Shown here: positions 32,318 through 52,346 of the stretch, piece by piece
Numbering within the stretch: the stretch's first letter is position 1
How the letters are laid out: each line of letters opens with the position of its first letter
NCBI RefSeq assembly: GCF_009914755.1
Contig: NC_060926.1
Reading direction: 5' to 3' (one strand)
Origin: the human T2T-CHM13v2.0 reference genome, Homo sapiens
DNA length: 64,000 bases
The notes under the pieces: model-generated
What the model was told of the DNA's origin: nothing
Seen by the model: the letters and a program-made list of their open reading frames with translations, nothing else
The model's database searches: none
Position numbers and translations under genes: made by a program

Positions 32318-35059
32318 TCATGAGATCCAGTACCACTTTCAGAGAGGTTGGCAATAAACCTCAACTATTACCCACTTGGGGTTTTGCTTCCTTCTTTATC
32401 TACCTAAATGCCAGGTCAACCATTTCGACAAGATCACCAGTGTCCTTGATCCCCTTTCCCCCATCATCTTCGTCTACCCCACTAATCGCCAATTCTAGAA
32501 GAATCCAATATTTGGCATTCCACACAACTTCCTCAGGGGCTGGCTGCTACCATTAGAAATGCTACCATTAAATGCTACCATTTAATAGCTATAGATAATT
32601 AGTAGGTCTATAGCTATTAAAAATAATTGCATTCATTTTTTCCTTAGTTGATAAACTAATTAAATACAACTTTTGTAATTTTGGTATACATCAGATCTAT
32701 GAGACAGCTTATGAACAGTGGCACTATCTATGTTCAACAGATAATGAGATAGCCAGTAGGCACTGGCAATGTACTGGGTAATCACATGATAAAAGTGCCC
32801 ATACCCAAATGGAAACTCATAGGGTGAGTGCTATATATTATAAATAAGATTATTGGGTGTGTCCTCTAAGAACACATATCTTCCCACTGGAATAACGTTT
32901 ACATTGTCAGTCCTGTTCCTTCCATCTTTCATTACACTCCTGCCATCTATCATGAGATGTGAGTCTTCATGGTGATGTGAATAAAGGCAAGCTAGTAGGT
33001 TAGCATGGCATACTGGCAAAGGAAGAAGGCATGCTGTAGTACTAGAAGCTATCTCGGGACCTAACATACACAGGCATCATTATAACAATATAATTTCCTG
33101 AAGTTCTGTGAGCCAAACTGGCCTTTCTTCTCCATATTACTCCAAGATCCCATAAAAGTTATGATGTCTAAAGGGGGTCTCACATATGCATCAAGGAATC
33201 TTTGATAAGAGTGAACAAAGCTAATGGTTTTGAACAATTTATCATAGAAAGCATAGGAGCGGCACATAGAGCATTACAAAATGTGAAGGCAACAACGGTG
33301 AATGTGGTCAGTTTTACAACTGACCTATAACCAGGCCTGCTAACCAGCACTGCCATCCATAAACCCAGGGCCTTGTCAACATGATTTACAGCAAAATGTG
33401 TGCATGTAATTGTGAAGAAAGCTGTGGTCAAGGCAGACTGGCTCAGCTTCATTTGGTCTCCCGGGAGCTATTTAACTCATTTCCAAATGGTTTGAAAACA
33501 CCAATGTTTTCCTTTGTCTAATTTAGATCCAATGCAGGAGGAAAAACAAGTCATCAAGCAAATCACCAAGCTTTCAGACACTATTGCAAGTCAGTATTCC
33601 AGCTCATCACCAAATTGTCACCCCTCAGTCTTATCATCCATGTTTTTCAGCAGCATCAGTAGTGAGCCAAGAAAAAAAGAAGGTCAATAGGAAAAATGAT
33701 CTCCTGTCCCACTGTACCAAATGGGGAGCACACTTTCTGCCAAGCAAGCAAGGAGATGCACACTAACAGCACACCTAGTAGAGGCTACTCCAGACACAGA
33801 TTTTGGACTTACTTAGAAGCTGATAGCTCAGGTTTTCAAACAAACAGTATTTTTTTTTTCTCTTCTACTATAGCCCTTTTCAAGGAAATTCAGAAAGCTC
33901 AAGGAAAAAAAGAAAGAGAGAGAGAAAGGGAGGGAAAGTGAAGGAAGGAACAATGGACGAACAAAGAAAGGGAGAGAGGAAATGTTACTGTGCTGTGAGA
34001 TCATAGTAATGATAAAGGAAGAACCCAGAAAGCTCAGAATGGGAGGAATAAAGGAGATAACTTGGAGTCTGATCAAAATCAACACCTGCTACCATTCTTG
34101 TGCCTAGAGTCTAAGCCTAGGTATTCAGAATATATTTACATCTAAGACTAATGCTATTAGCTATTTACCAAATTCAGAAAAACTATAGAAGTGCAACACA
34201 ATAGAACTCTTGAGCAGTAGGGAGAAAATATAGACAAAGATTTATCCACTTTAGGTGCAAAAAATAAAAATCTACACTTTACATTCATATTACTTAAATA
34301 CAAACAAAGCATATTCTACTGCAGCTTCACTACAAAAGAAGACAGCTCCACCTCTTGAATGTCTTTGCATTGTCAGTTCACAAACTATCACCTCTCAGCA
34401 ATGTCCACTCATCAGAGGATGAATCACCCACAGAGTGTATTTTCCTGATAGCATTTATCTACTTTTTAAATTACTGCTGAGTCCCTGCTCCTTCACCTCC
34501 TCCTTCTTCCTCAGGACCACCACAATAAACACACAATCGTACACCACACTGGACTCCAATGGTACATTAGTGCCTGTTGATGAGCTGCCTGCCCCTCCAG
34601 TCAATGGCCCCTGTGACTCTGCTTCTCTGATCTTGTGCCTACTTAGTATATCTTTCCCACTGTCTTCCTTCGCATGCTGTAAGGTGGCCATTCCTGATGC
34701 TCTCAATGTGCCTGTGTGTGTCCCTTAACAGTCCTTGGCACAAGCAATATCTCTTCATGGCTCCAGTTGTGCCCAAATACCTAAGACATACTTTCACCTC
34801 AGGAAGTCCTACTATGTCAAACTCACCTTCCACCTTGAGCAAGCGCCTTTCTGGACTCCCCTACTTTTGCTAATGCTCGTACTATTTTCCTAGTCAATCA
34901 GGATTGAAACTTACAAATTGTTCTTCTCCATTTCCTTCCATAATCCAAGTATTTGTTAAGTGGGATGATGAGAAGTTGGGATGTTAAGAATGTATATAAA
35001 CTGTTTGAAGAGGCCCATTTGGAGAAAGAGGTAAGAAGTCAAACAATGGAACATTGCAG

Positions 35060-35430
35060 GAGAGGTCCCCCAAACCAGCAGGCTGTGAGCCGAATCTGTT
35101 TGATCCACACAGTGTTTTAAGAATTTTAAAATTTGTTTCCAGCATTTAAAATCAGAGTATTTCAAATGAAAATCCAGATTTCCAACTTCTGTCAAAAAGA
35201 GAGCATCAGAAAGTCTGGCCTTCCAGCCCTTCTGCATGATATTGATCAATGTCTGCATCCTTAGTTGGAGACATTGTCTCAGTTCACTCCACCTGCCTCT
35301 ACTTGACTCTGAGCCTAAGAGCCAAGCTCTATTTATCATCATGCTTGTGCTGTTATTTTTCTTGTAGTAGAGAGAGGAGAGTGAAACAGTTCTTGTAATA
35401 CCAATGCCTCTACTCCAAGTGGAAAACTAA
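35060..35430 (+). mobile_element. hAT-Charlie fossil (MER103/MER102-like)
   Basis: aaaatccagatttccaacttct...atcagaaagtctggc motif; subfamily uncertain. Confidence 0.45.
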
Positions 35431-35499
35431 GCGGGTCACCAGCTTCAAGAAAGAATTCTTATCTCAAGCCCTCTCCATTCATCTCCCTGGCCCTCTGTG

Positions 35500-35828
35500 C
35501 AAGGCCAGATTCTGTCTTTCACAGGCCCTAGGCATTTTTGCCTTCTTGGGTTCCTTCCTCCATAAAAATATTAAAAATTATATTTAATTTTAAATTGTTA
35601 ATATGGTATTATGTATTAATAATTCAAGTAACTTCTTTTCATTTTAATGCAATCATATTGGTATAAAGCCAGATATATTAATATTATATATTAAAATACT
35701 TTCTTTGATGTAAAAGTTTTTTTTCCCTTTGATTTGGAAAGGAATCCAAACATTTTCATAAGCCACTAAAAGCATCATGGGCCCTGGGCACTGTGGCCAC
35801 GGGGTGCCTGATAGGTAAGTGAGCCCAG
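35500..35828 (+). mobile_element. ORSL-like hAT-Tip100 fossil
   Basis: caaggccagatt...ggccctaggcatttttgcc...aaaagcatcatgggccctgggcactgtg...gataggtaagtgagccc. Confidence 0.6.
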
Positions 35829-35878
35829 CCCCCATGGACATTTGAGGCATGCTGGGTAACTTCTGAATCCTCAATTCA

Positions 35879-36103
<225 letters not shown>

Positions 36104-36439
36104 TCAGAAAGCATGAGAGCTCAGTGCAGCAGTTAATTCTCTTTGCTTTAATGTTACTTACCATTCTAAGTATGAAAGGAAATGGGAGGAAAACACGTAG
36201 ACAAATTACACTGCTATTATAATAATAGATCATAATAAAAATACCTCCAAAGATTCCATTTTAATTGCTTTGGACCCTGGCTTTTTCAAAGAAATCAATA
36301 CAATAAAATGTCTCATTTATTTTTCCATAAAATACATTAGAATGGTCATACTTTTTCCCTTAGGGCTTCAGAAAACCACTACCATTTTGTTAACTGGATA
36401 CCGAATGCCTTATATTTTGGTAACTTTTTTTAGTTTACA

Positions 36440-36625
36440 AAGTATAATCACACAAGCACAATGTGAAATAGGTATTTTTACACCATTTGTATAGATGAGA
36501 AAACTGAAGCTCAAAGATGGTTAACTGGATGTCTCAAAGTCATAGAACTAGGTGAAGAGCTGGGGCTTCAAACCTAGGTCTTTCTCCTCCAAATTTAGTG
36601 CTTTTCCAACTACATTATAGCTACC
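36440..36625 (-). mobile_element. MIR
   Basis: ccatttgtatagatgagaaaactgaagctc...gtcatagaactag. Confidence 0.75.
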
Positions 36626-37194
36626 ACCCCAAGCAATATTGGGGTGGAGAGGAAAGGCATATGCTAACAGAGTTGTCAGAAACCATGATGCTATGAGGAA
36701 AGAGGTGAGATGCTGACATCAAATCATTAGTGTCCACAAAATAAAAGAACAGGGGTTTTATCCAGACTCATTGCAGGTGAATAGGAAACAAAAGAAAGAA
36801 GATGATGTTGGTAAAGACAGGTGAGAGAAATGCATACACCACAATCCATGTATGTGTAGCTGAAAACCACCCATGTCAGTGGATAGGGTGGATAGGGTAA
36901 ATGTGGAGTTGTGACCCACCACCAAAGTCACAACACAGGAGGGTGCCATCAGATGCAAGCAGCAGGGAGCCATTGAGTCTATTGCCCTACCATAGAAAGA
37001 CATTATTCTAACACCGATTAGATTAATTCTTGAACTAGCTAAGATTTCCATACCCTGTTGGTAATGAAAATGATGTTCCATTATCTACTCAAGAGGCATA
37101 ACACCCCTCCCTCCATGCCGCTTTAAGGTGACAAAGGAAACCAGAGACAGTTCATTGTTATACTGTGAAGGTTGCTATTAAGAGTGGCCAACCA

Positions 37195-37568
<374 letters not shown>

Positions 37569-37803
37569 TTATGTCCATTAGCCAAATGTAAGAGAAAGAA
37601 AGTAAACATAAAGTCATTTTTCATCACTCTGAAGCATTTAAGTGGATGATATCAAACACTCCCAGCATGGAGAAACAAAGGTAACATTCTATCAGTGTCC
37701 ATTCAATTACAGAGAAATCTGCAATCATACTCTCCAAACACAGAAAAACAACTCTACTGTGTTTCCCTGGAATGTGACTCTGCAGAGGAATTAATTGGCT
37801 TCA

Positions 37804-38025
<222 letters not shown>

Positions 38026-38757
38026 CTAGAAAACCTGAAACAGAGCATTATTTAATTATATACATCTAGGGTAGTCCTCCAATAAGACTAGTACCAGCGA
38101 CCAACAGTTTGAGGTAAAAGTAGTCAACTGACAGTGCAAAGCCCTAATTATCTTTGGTGACTAAAATGAGATACAATATTCCCTTATGTGTATGGTAGAG
38201 AAAGAACACTTCTTTTCCCAGGAAAGATATGAATTACCTACTATTTCACATGTTTCTATTTTAAAATCTACTTTTCATCCAAAACCATTTTGTTTTGTGC
38301 AAAGTCTCCCCTCGCCTGCACTCCCCATGCCCGCTTCCTTGCTCCCTTTCCTTCTTTCCATAACACTTAGCACCACCTTTCAACATACTAGACAATTTAC
38401 TGATTGGTTGCCTGTCTCCCCTCTTTAGAATATTAGCTCCATGTGGGTAGGGATTGTTGTCTTATTCACTGACACAGCCCAAAAGTTCCTAGAACACCAC
38501 TGTTCAATAAATACTGAATTAAAATAAGTCACTCTTCTACTTCAAATTAGCCATCACTGATTCAGATGCTCTAACCCTAACCCCACATGTTCCTATTTAA
38601 CTAATGAAGGTGTCATAGGCTCCCAAACCCAGGGGACCCTGGAATTAGCCTAAGGCAAGAGAAAGTATAGTTGCAACTGATAAAGACACAGCCTATATCA
38701 TAACGGTAACAAGAAACAGGCTCTTTCAGAAGCTGCTATGAAAAGTGTGTACATTGA

Positions 38758-39056
<299 letters not shown>

Positions 39057-39059
39057 TGA

Positions 39060-39620
39060 TCCAGATTTTTTGAAGAGACATATCTCCTTTGATACAGCAG
39101 CACCATTTCTGGACATCTAGACCATAAGGATCTTTCCACATGTGCACAAAGGATGTTCACCCTGACACTGTTTTTCATAGTGAAAAAATGGAAACAACCT
39201 AAATGTCCAACCACTAGGAAAAGGATAAAAATACATGGACCATTCGCATTTTAAAATATTCTTTGGCAGTGTACAGGAATGAGGCTGGTCTGTATTTGCT
39301 GACATGATGTTAAGCTTAAAAAATAAAAGCTAATTGCAGAAAATATGTATAGTAAGACTCCATCTGTTTTTTTAAAATCTATATATCAAGATATATAAAA
39401 GTAAAGTAAGATATATAAAAGATAAAAGTAAGTCAAATTCACACTCAACCTTTTAATAGTGATTACCTTTGAGGAGTGAGGGGATTGGAGAAGGATGAAA
39501 AAATGTAAATTTTACTTTTTTGTACATCGTATTATTTCTTTAAAATATATTTCTGAATATTATTACTTTACTACAATGAGGATATATTCATATATAGATT
39601 ATGTGCTTATTTTTATTTAA
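39060..39620 (+). mobile_element. Old L1M (L1ME-like) 3' region
   Basis: aaggatgttcac...aaaaatggaaacaacctaaatgtccaac. Confidence 0.65.
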
Positions 39621-40134
39621 ATATATCAGGTCATTGGTACTCACTGCTATTACTATGGCTTTTGTTACCATAGAGAAGTTTAAAAACTCATATTAATTAT
39701 TCATATATTTGAACCAATAATTCATACATTTGAAACAATCTCTAAGACTATTCTACTCATCCAGCAGTTATTAGTTATTTCCTTTACAGGTCCTCAAAAC
39801 TCTATGTGCCCTTTGCTTTCTATAAAACTTTCAGTGTTGGGGAAAAAGAACTTAGTGAAGCACTCCAAATACCACTCTTCAACACAGAATTTAAACCTGA
39901 GAGAAAACTGGAATTGAAAATAGTTTGACTTCAGCTATAAAACTATACTAATGATCCTAAGAAAATATCCTGAAAATAAAATGTTTTAAATACGATGTTA
40001 ATATTTACTGCAATGATATATACTATAGAGGAATAAAATAAAAGCAACCTAATGCTTAATAATAGAGGCAGTTAATTTGATGATACTATAACCACTCAAT
40101 GGAATATTATAGTCATTAAAAGGCAGTATGAAGA

Positions 40135-40316
40135 CAAGGACGAGCAAACTTTTTAACTAGATAGTAAATATTTTAGGCTTACAGGCCCTATGGTCTCTGT
40201 TGCACCTACAGGACGTGGCCATAGTAGAGGGACAGCAGCCATATGTGGCTGCATTTGAGTAAAATGCTATCTATAAAGACAGGCAACTGGCCACAGCCAT
40301 AGTTTTCTGACTCCTA
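40135..40316 (+). mobile_element. MER58A-like hAT fossil
   Basis: gcaaacttttt...tagtaaatattttaggctt...ccatagttt. Confidence 0.75.
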
Positions 40317-40863
40317 TATAGCAATATGATTTATTGACAGGTTTTTTAAAGCAATGTAGAAGATTGTATTTTTATATTTTTACAATTATGTAAAAAATGT
40401 GCATGGATATAGATTAGAATTTGTGAAGGCAAATAGCAGCCTCCAAATGTAAACAGGGCATAACTGTCCCCAGGAATACAACCAAAGGCTCCTGCAACTT
40501 CTTGGGCCTCTTGTGCTCATAAACTGGCACAGAGAGAGAACAGGAAGAGGATGCATGCTCCTAATATACTCCTTCCCCATGTATATGACTCCAATCACTT
40601 TTAGGTCCTCTGACAGCTTTCTGGGCCAGCACTCAACCAAATTCAGAAACTTCAATTGAGAGCCAACTAAAATTAAGTTCTACCAGCTAAGCACTGTATT
40701 AGGTGCATCACCAATATAATTTCATTTTATCAGCATCAATCAGCAGCTTCCGTATCCTGATCAGCTCCCCACACAGTGCTCTCCACTAACAGGTCTTAAT
40801 GAATATCCGCTGAGCGGTGTCAGCATTCCAGATGAAAGCTGGGACAGGAAGTCCAAGCATTCA

Positions 40864-41151
<288 letters not shown>

Positions 41152-42179
41152 CTATCTCTGAGCTAGATAATAGTTACCAAAAAAGGAAGACTGAGCCTGG
41201 AAAATGGATGCTTGTGTAAGCTTTCTGTGGGGAGGAAGAAGTATGGGAGACAGAAGGAAGTCAATCCTGCCCCAATTCCCCAATTTGTTTTTCTAGATTC
41301 CAGAAATCAAAAAAAAAAAATTGTATTTGTTAGAAATACCAAAGAACTATCTTTGTGATAAATGAAATCACAAATTATAAGTCTTGGTTTTATTTTTTCT
41401 ACTATAATGTAAGATTAAATAAATTCCATTGCAATGATAATTAAAAGCAAAACAATAATGTGATCATATCTAAGCTCGCTCCACACACAACCTTTTAGCT
41501 ATGTTAGATAATAACTCTAGAAAGTTGGCAAAGTTATCTTCGTATTCATCCTTGGAATACCAGACTTTTAGTTGAGTAAGTGGGAAACTCTGCCTATGTT
41601 TGAACATTGACTCTTTTCTCCAGTAATTTTAGGTAGCTCTGGTTATATGCATTTTCCAAATTGTTATGTGGGTGCACATCTAATTAAAGTCTTGTAATTC
41701 TTCTGGTCTATAAGGCCGTTTTGCTTTGGCCCCTGATATCTGATGATTTGCCAGGGGAGAACTGACAATGGAAGCAGAGGTCCCTGAAAAGTCAGCAATA
41801 ATTCCTATCTGTCTAGCCCTATCTGGTGGCTGCAACCTGAATTCTGCTTCCTTGTGCTGCTGTTATTACAACAGATTCCTCTTCCTGTGCTGTACCCTAA
41901 TTTGGTGACAAATAATTATGATGCCCTTTGATTTCCTTGGGAGGGGCCAGTGACAAGAGTTTAACTACATATACACAGAACAGGGAAGTCCAATCACTAA
42001 ATCCTTAAATTATGTATCTATTTACACTAATAGTCTCAAAGTTATCAAACTTAAGAAAGGCCTTTTAATTTGAGCTATAAATACAGGAAATTGTTTGAAT
42101 GAACCAAATTGCTAAATACGAAATAGAGATTTCTGAAATTCCAACGTATCTAGGGGATATAAAGATACTTTCAGTTACT

Positions 42180-42470
42180 GGTCAGGCACGGTGGCTCATA
42201 CTTGTAATCCCAGCACTTTGGGAGGCTGAGATGGGTGGATCGCTTGAGCCCAAGAGTTCCAGACCAGCCTGGGTAACACAGAGAAACCCCATATCTACAA
42301 AAAATACAAAAATTAGCTGGGCATGGTGTCACATGCACGTAATCCCAGCTACTCAGGAGGCTGAGATGGGAGGATGGCTTGAGCACAGGAGGCAGAGGCT
42401 GCGGTGAGCTGTGATCACACCACTACACTACAGCCCAGGTGACAGAGTGAGACTGTCTGAAAAAAAAATA
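42180..42470 (+). mobile_element. AluJ-type SINE
   Basis: Full Alu; TSD tttcagttact. Confidence 0.92.
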
Positions 42471-42828
42471 ATTTTCAGTTACTGATGGCCACTATAATAA
42501 TATTAAGAGTAAATTATAAGGGCTTAACGGGCAAATTCTGCCTAAGTACATGAAGGCAAAAGGCTTTCAACACTGGGAGAAATGGCTCTCCAATAGTAGC
42601 AGATCTCTGGAAGAAATATTCAGGGTCTGGGAATTCTAGCCAGGGAACAGAGAGAAAGAGTTTCTCATACCCCTGCAATCACATATGAAAGCAACTGCCT
42701 ACCACCTCTACTTAGAAGGTCAATGTGAAATGACAATTGAAATCAGCCCGAATACCCACGCTTCATATCTTTGTATTAGCTCACAACATGCATCTCTGGA
42801 ACGATAGAAAGAAAGCAGTTTTATCTTA

Positions 42829-42984
<156 letters not shown>

Positions 42985-43229
42985 TTAGGAATATATCCAC
43001 CAAATATGTATTATGAACAGTATCCGTGCTAACACATCTATTGTGGAACTCAAACCACTGGAAGGGCGGCATTTTCAAAGCCATCAGAAAGGCAGGATCC
43101 ATGATACTTATGTTACCTATAGATTCTGTAGTAAAAAAACATATTTCCAGCTGATACTGGGGAGAAGGGAGAGGAGACACTGGTTTGTAACTTAAATCAT
43201 CTGTTTTCATTAATTAATAGCATCAACAA

Positions 43230-45528
<2,299 letters not shown>

Positions 45529-45675
45529 GCTACCGCGCCTAGCCAAAAATTTACGTTTTAGATAAATACTTAGGGTTTTTATTTTTGGAAAGCCTTTTTT
45601 TTATATAATAATTTCATCTCCTGTGATCCAAGACTTCAGACCCAAAATCACAATAAGCACTTAAGATAAACTTAC

Positions 45676-45918
45676 GGCAATTTTTCTCATCTGAAGTGTT
45701 ATTATCATGGCAGTTGTCTACACCATTGCAGATAAACTCACGAGGTATGCACCTTCTGTTATTGCACATAAACTCCGTGGTGGCATTGCAGTCCCTGAAC
45801 AGGCACCCTGCCTCATCACTGCCATCACCACAGTCATTGTAGTAATCACAGCGGTAAGAGTATTGGACACATCGCCCATTGGCACAGGTGAAGGCTGTCG
45901 GTGAGCAGGTGTGAAGTG
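45676..45918 (-). CDS. LRP2: LRP2 exon ~44, two LDLa repeats
   Basis: gttcttag / GTAAGT; 243 nt; [16 protein letters not shown]...[13 protein letters not shown]. Confidence 0.95.
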
Positions 45919-46444
45919 CTAAGAACAGGAAAAACATGAGAACAAACCCTCTTGATTAAAACATTATCCTAATTTTTAAAAAGATACAATTAAATAAAAG
46001 AGACACTTTGAATTTACCTTCCAAGGCAAAAAACGCTGCAAAATGGACTGCATGCAAAGTGAGATAACACTTTTAATTAGTTAGATTAAGCAAAATATGT
46101 TGTATACATTTTTAAAATTGTTTTAGGCACAAATCAAGTAATTTAAGCACAAATCAAAGTCATTCTGTTTCTCTATAATCTCAATTTATCTCAATCACAA
46201 AAAGCATGCAATTATAGTTTATTTCAGGAAAATAAAAACTCCTAGCCCCTATCACAGTCTGCTAGGAAAAGGTAACCAACCTCAGAACTCCCTGAGAAAG
46301 TCCACTGTGTTTTATTCACTCTATTCAGATGGAAGCTGAGGATTGGAAGTTATTTTCATAAAATTTTTGAAATAATGACCTTTGTGCTACGAAAATTGGT
46401 AAAATGATACGTTTCCTTAGTCCCAAGCTAAGCTAGACTTAGCT

Positions 46445-46640
46445 TGCACCATGCCTCATGCTAAGGGATTTTTACATATTGTTTCTCTTACTCCTCGCAA
46501 GAACCCTAGTAGTAGCTCCATTTTACAGATGAGATGTCTGAGGCTTGAGATATTAAGTAACTTTCCCAGGTCTATACAGATTACAAATGCGATCACCAGG
46601 ATGATGATTGTGCTTGTGCTCTTAACCACTACAGAGGTGA
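46445..46640 (-). mobile_element. MIR
   Basis: ccattttacagatgag..tctgaggctt...taagtaactttcccagg. Confidence 0.75.
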
Positions 46641-46777
46641 TTTAACAGAAACAGTCTGGATTATCAGAGGAAACATTTTTCAGCTCTACCAGGATGCCTA
46701 GGCACACATTTCAAACACATTCACACATAGCAGGATTCCATACCAAACACTTGACATCAAGATGCCATTAGCTCCTA

Positions 46778-47056
<279 letters not shown>

Positions 47057-47526
47057 TCACATTGACCCCTCCACAATAGCACTTGCAACAGCTTCTACAT
47101 TAAATGCTCCCTAAGAAGCGCCATGGAAGTTCTGCCCATTAACCTTTTAACTATATTCTGAGTCACTTTTCCATCAAGAAGAGCAATCACCAATTTCTAA
47201 TAAATGTGCCGATTCCTTCTAAACAACAGGAAATATCAACGACTCTTCTCAGCAAAATTTGCAAAGCAACAACATCAAAAGGCACATCTTCCCGTGAATT
47301 TGTTGTTCTTTATAAAATGCACAATGAAGCACATATGATCCCACCCGCAAATATCACCAGAAATATTTCAAACTATAAATAATACCTCTTAAGCAGAAAA
47401 TGTAAATCCTTTTATAAGGAAGGCCAGCTCATTGACAGAATTCTTAGTCAAGACATGAAGTAGGGCAGCCAAGGCCTTCATCTTTCTTTCTAACTCCATC
47501 AAGCTTGTATTTAAAATGCCTTCATA

Positions 47527-48399
<873 letters not shown>

Positions 48400-49526
48400 T
48401 CATCATTGTTTACACAAGCTGCAAACTTTCTTTTCAAATGGGGCATATGGCAGCTGGAAATGTTTCTTCTGGTGATGGGAGGTCTTGTTTGCTTATCAAA
48501 CAATAGCCTATATAAAATCATTGACTTCCAAATATGAATAGTAATCCTACAAAAGGAATCAGGTTGATATTAGAAACAGGAAAACATGAAATAATCCATG
48601 TAATGCATGGAACTCAGTGTTAAGCACATAGCAGACTCTCAATAAAACAATAACTTTTCCATCCCACTTCCTTAGTGACTTTTTCAATTTGATGTTTATT
48701 GAGTACCTTGAGGTGTTTACCTAGAATAATCCAAGCTTAGACTCAAAGCATCACTGCTTTGTTTCAAATAGGAGAATAAAGAAAAGATCAGGAGGTTAGG
48801 TCTTGGCATCAAAAGACTAAAATTCCAAAGAAATATGCAAGAAAAATTAAGATTCCCGATATGTAGACACCAGCCATAATAAACAAAATCATTTCATCCC
48901 TTCAACTATTCCATTAGGATGACTGGAATGTGAGACATATGGGGGGTACTTGGAGAAGTTACATACAAAATTAGAGTTGACAAAAGGAAAATATTAAGAA
49001 ATGCGCTGAGGAGAAGCTTGCCAGAGAAGAAAGGGTCTATTTGAAAAGATGACAAAAAGTCAAAGACTGAAGAAAAGAATTTTCTTTTTTTTTTTTTAAG
49101 AAAAGAATTTTCTAAAAGACATTGAATGCTAAAGCCCAGAAAAAAACATAATATCAATTGGCATTTAAAAGTCATTCAGATTTTATAGCAGTTACCTAGG
49201 GCCTGCAGAATGTAAGTTGAGTAATTTCATTTGTAATTCTAAATTGAGAAAATACATTTATAATTATAGCTGAAATTATAGATATATTTAGCAATGCATC
49301 TTTAGATGTCTTTTAGTTCATAATTATTCAATGCATGATATAGATAAATTTTCACAGTATGTTCACCAAGTTCCAATATAAACATAGTTCCTAAAACTGT
49401 GATTCTATATTCTGGCAATGTCTATCTGGCATGCTATATTTTCATCACATGATGCAAATCCCTCTTCTTTGGAAATGGAAGAAAAACCTCTTCTTAACAC
49501 CCACATGAGTAACCAGAGACACCTAC

Positions 49527-49685
49527 AGACTAGCATCCACCCAGTAGAGAAGGTCCTCTTCATAGTCCAGAGTCAGCCCACTGGGCATGACCAGACTGCT
49601 GTTCACAATGGGTACGCGGAAGTTTCCTCCCAATGTGGCTCTCTCGATTTTGGCATGTGTATCCCAGTCAGCCCAGTACAGGTAC
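49527..49685 (-). CDS. LRP2: LRP2 exon ~41, YWTD propeller
   Basis: atgactag / GTAGGT; 159 nt; [23 protein letters not shown]...LYWVDAS. Confidence 0.95.
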
Positions 49686-49997
49686 CTAGTCATACAAAAG
49701 GAGTCAATAATTAATTCACAGGGAACCTCATAGTCCTTTAAAAAAAAAAAAAAGGACAATATTCTTTAATTGCAAATTGCCAGTAACATGGCAAAAGAAA
49801 CTTCATTTCTACTTACACAACTTGTCCAAAGGAGATCTAGTAAGTCAGGGTGTTGACTTCCTAGTATGTTGCCAACCTTTCTGCCATCAAAGGGAGCTAT
49901 GCGCTGCACCCTCCTTCCCACGTAAAATCACTCAATATGCTTTCATTTTTGAATCTGTAGCCATAGTTTTATAAGCCCATAACACATTGGCTATCTA

Positions 49998-50312
<315 letters not shown>

Positions 50313-50315
50313 TCA

Positions 50316-51326
<1,011 letters not shown>

Positions 51327-52127
51327 TCAATGGAGAACCAAGAAGAAAAAAAGGGAGAACTTTACAAATTCAGAACAAAATATATAAGGTTGAAGTCTGG
51401 GTCACTATATGTTGTCTTTTCCAAGATGATAGTGTCCCAGTCTAGGCTTAGAAAAATAAGTTCTTACTCCTAGGAATTATAGAGATTGTGTCTTCAAATT
51501 TAGAGAGAAAGTGCCTATCTTCAGCTTCTAAAGTAGATTAGAATTCATAGCAACATCATAACCCACTTTCTACTGAAAGGTATATTTTCCAGAATGTCCC
51601 TCCTTTTCTATCTGAAGCTCTAAATGCTTAATACCTACTTGAAACACTCTAAATATACATTTTCATAGCACAACTTCCATCCCAATGTGATAAAAGTAGC
51701 AAAGAGGGAGCACCAGCAGCATCTCAGGTTGTTATTAATGTTATCAAATGGTCTTTGAACTTAAGGTTAACATGAAGTTTTTCCTTAGTCTTTCTAACTA
51801 ATGTAGGTGTTTTCATCCCATGGACCTTCTAAAAGTGACCAAAAGTCCATTTCCCTTTGGGCCTTATGTACATGCTAGAATAAAAAGATAACTTTATGAA
51901 GATAGTATAATAAGTAGAGAATGACCACAAATTATTGATTTCATGTAGTTGAAAGTCTGTTGTTGAACTATCAATGCTACTACCAAGACACACATATTTT
52001 GTTCCTATATCTGATTCAAACCACCTCTAGAGAAATGAGGCCAATGTGAAATATGTTACTGATACATTTTTTCATTACCTAACTCTACTTGCTATGTATG
52101 CATTTGCTCATTTCCAATCCTATAATC

Positions 52128-52346
52128 CAGGGTTGGCAAACTTTTTCTGTAAAGGGCCACATAATAAATATTTTAGGCTTTGCAGAGCATATGGTTTCAC
52201 AAGTACTCAACACTGCCACTGTAACATGAAAGCAGCCATAGACAATACACAAATAAATGGGCATAGCTGTGTTACAATAAAACTTTATTTACAAAAACAG
52301 GCAACAGGCTGCATTTGACGCACGGGCCATAGTTTGCTGACTACTG
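52128..52346 (+). mobile_element. MER58A hAT fossil
   Basis: cagggttggcaaactttttctgtaaagggcca...gggccatagtttgctgac. Confidence 0.85.

Noticed and set aside
34435-34842. Cluster of overlapping short ORFs in intron ~48
   Set aside because: No recognisable domain or splice signals; partly degenerate L2-like sequence
39699-39739. 21-bp tandem duplication (also 39388-39432 and 10569-10605)
   Set aside because: Ordinary short slippage duplications with no further structure
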